From: Carcharhinus longimanus
Lineage: Eukaryota
DNA: 64,000 nt
Direction of reading: 5' to 3'
Assembly (NCBI GenBank): GCA_030264375.1
Contig: JASCQW010000122.1
Coordinates: forward strand, 27,859,642-27,923,641
The notes below the pieces were generated by a model, which saw nothing but the letters and a program-made list of their open reading frames with translations, did not search any database and was not told the origin of the DNA. Within the stretch, counting starts at the first letter, position 1. Each line of letters opens with the position of its first letter. Shown here piece by piece: positions 63,556-64,000 of this stretch. Position numbers and translations under genes: made by a program.

Positions 63556-64000
63556 TCTATTCATGCTGCATACTTGGAGACTTCCTTTCACATCCACATA
63601 ACACAATCGAGTCTCAACAGGCAGCATTTTTATTACCTGGAATCTTATAGTCAGATGTGCATATATCACAGTCACCTGGGGAAATTTGGTTGGAGGCAAT
63701 ATCGTCTACCAAAGGAATGGAATAGTATTGGCAAATTAAAAATAACTCTTCTAATTTTCCATAAATAAAATGCAAACTGAAATACAGCCCTTTATTACGT
63801 TGATTTTTGTTCACTTTTAGTGCTTTCACCCATCCACCCCTCAACATCTAGGGACAGTCTTGACCTGAGGGATCAAGGGTCCAGGCATGTATTTAACCTG
63901 CATCCTGTTAAATTCTGGTGCAAGCTTTATCTTTTATCATGATGCACACCTTTAAACCACCATTTTCCTGTCAACGGTTATGTAGTATTTTCCCTGATTA

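Noticed and set aside
1-64000. CRISPR arrays, operons or prokaryotic defence systems
   Set aside because: No regularly spaced repeat-spacer array or gene-dense region; the DNA is vertebrate and repeat-rich.

Overview
This is AT-rich (roughly 40% GC by eye) vertebrate non-coding DNA from a gapped draft assembly with about a dozen N-runs. The repeat content points to a cartilaginous fish, most likely a shark: HE1/V-SINEs, HER1/CR1 LINEs, a SacSINE1-type DeuSINE and Penelope terminal repeats. I recognise no intact host gene, and most ORFs in the track are spurious or decayed transposon frames. The window is a transposon graveyard containing many CR1 fragments, L2, Rex1/Babar and RTE 3' ends, a complete but decayed Ty3/Gypsy element with both LTRs (27119-31754), a second Gypsy pol fragment and a solo LTR. 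It also holds three HARBI1-like transposase fossils, two Myb/SANT partner-gene fossils and a probable THAP-domain fossil. The most notable system is a set of short Penelope-derived insertions carrying minimal type-I hammerhead ribozymes. One has an intact core inside an 88-bp insert bounded by a perfect 12-bp target-site duplication (62564-62675). Another forms a 95-bp-arm palindrome with two opposed hammerheads. A Penelope-bounded ~2.36 kb composite splits a CR1 RT frame with a 14-bp duplication and carries older Harbinger DNA. A few short candidate exons are reported at low confidence.
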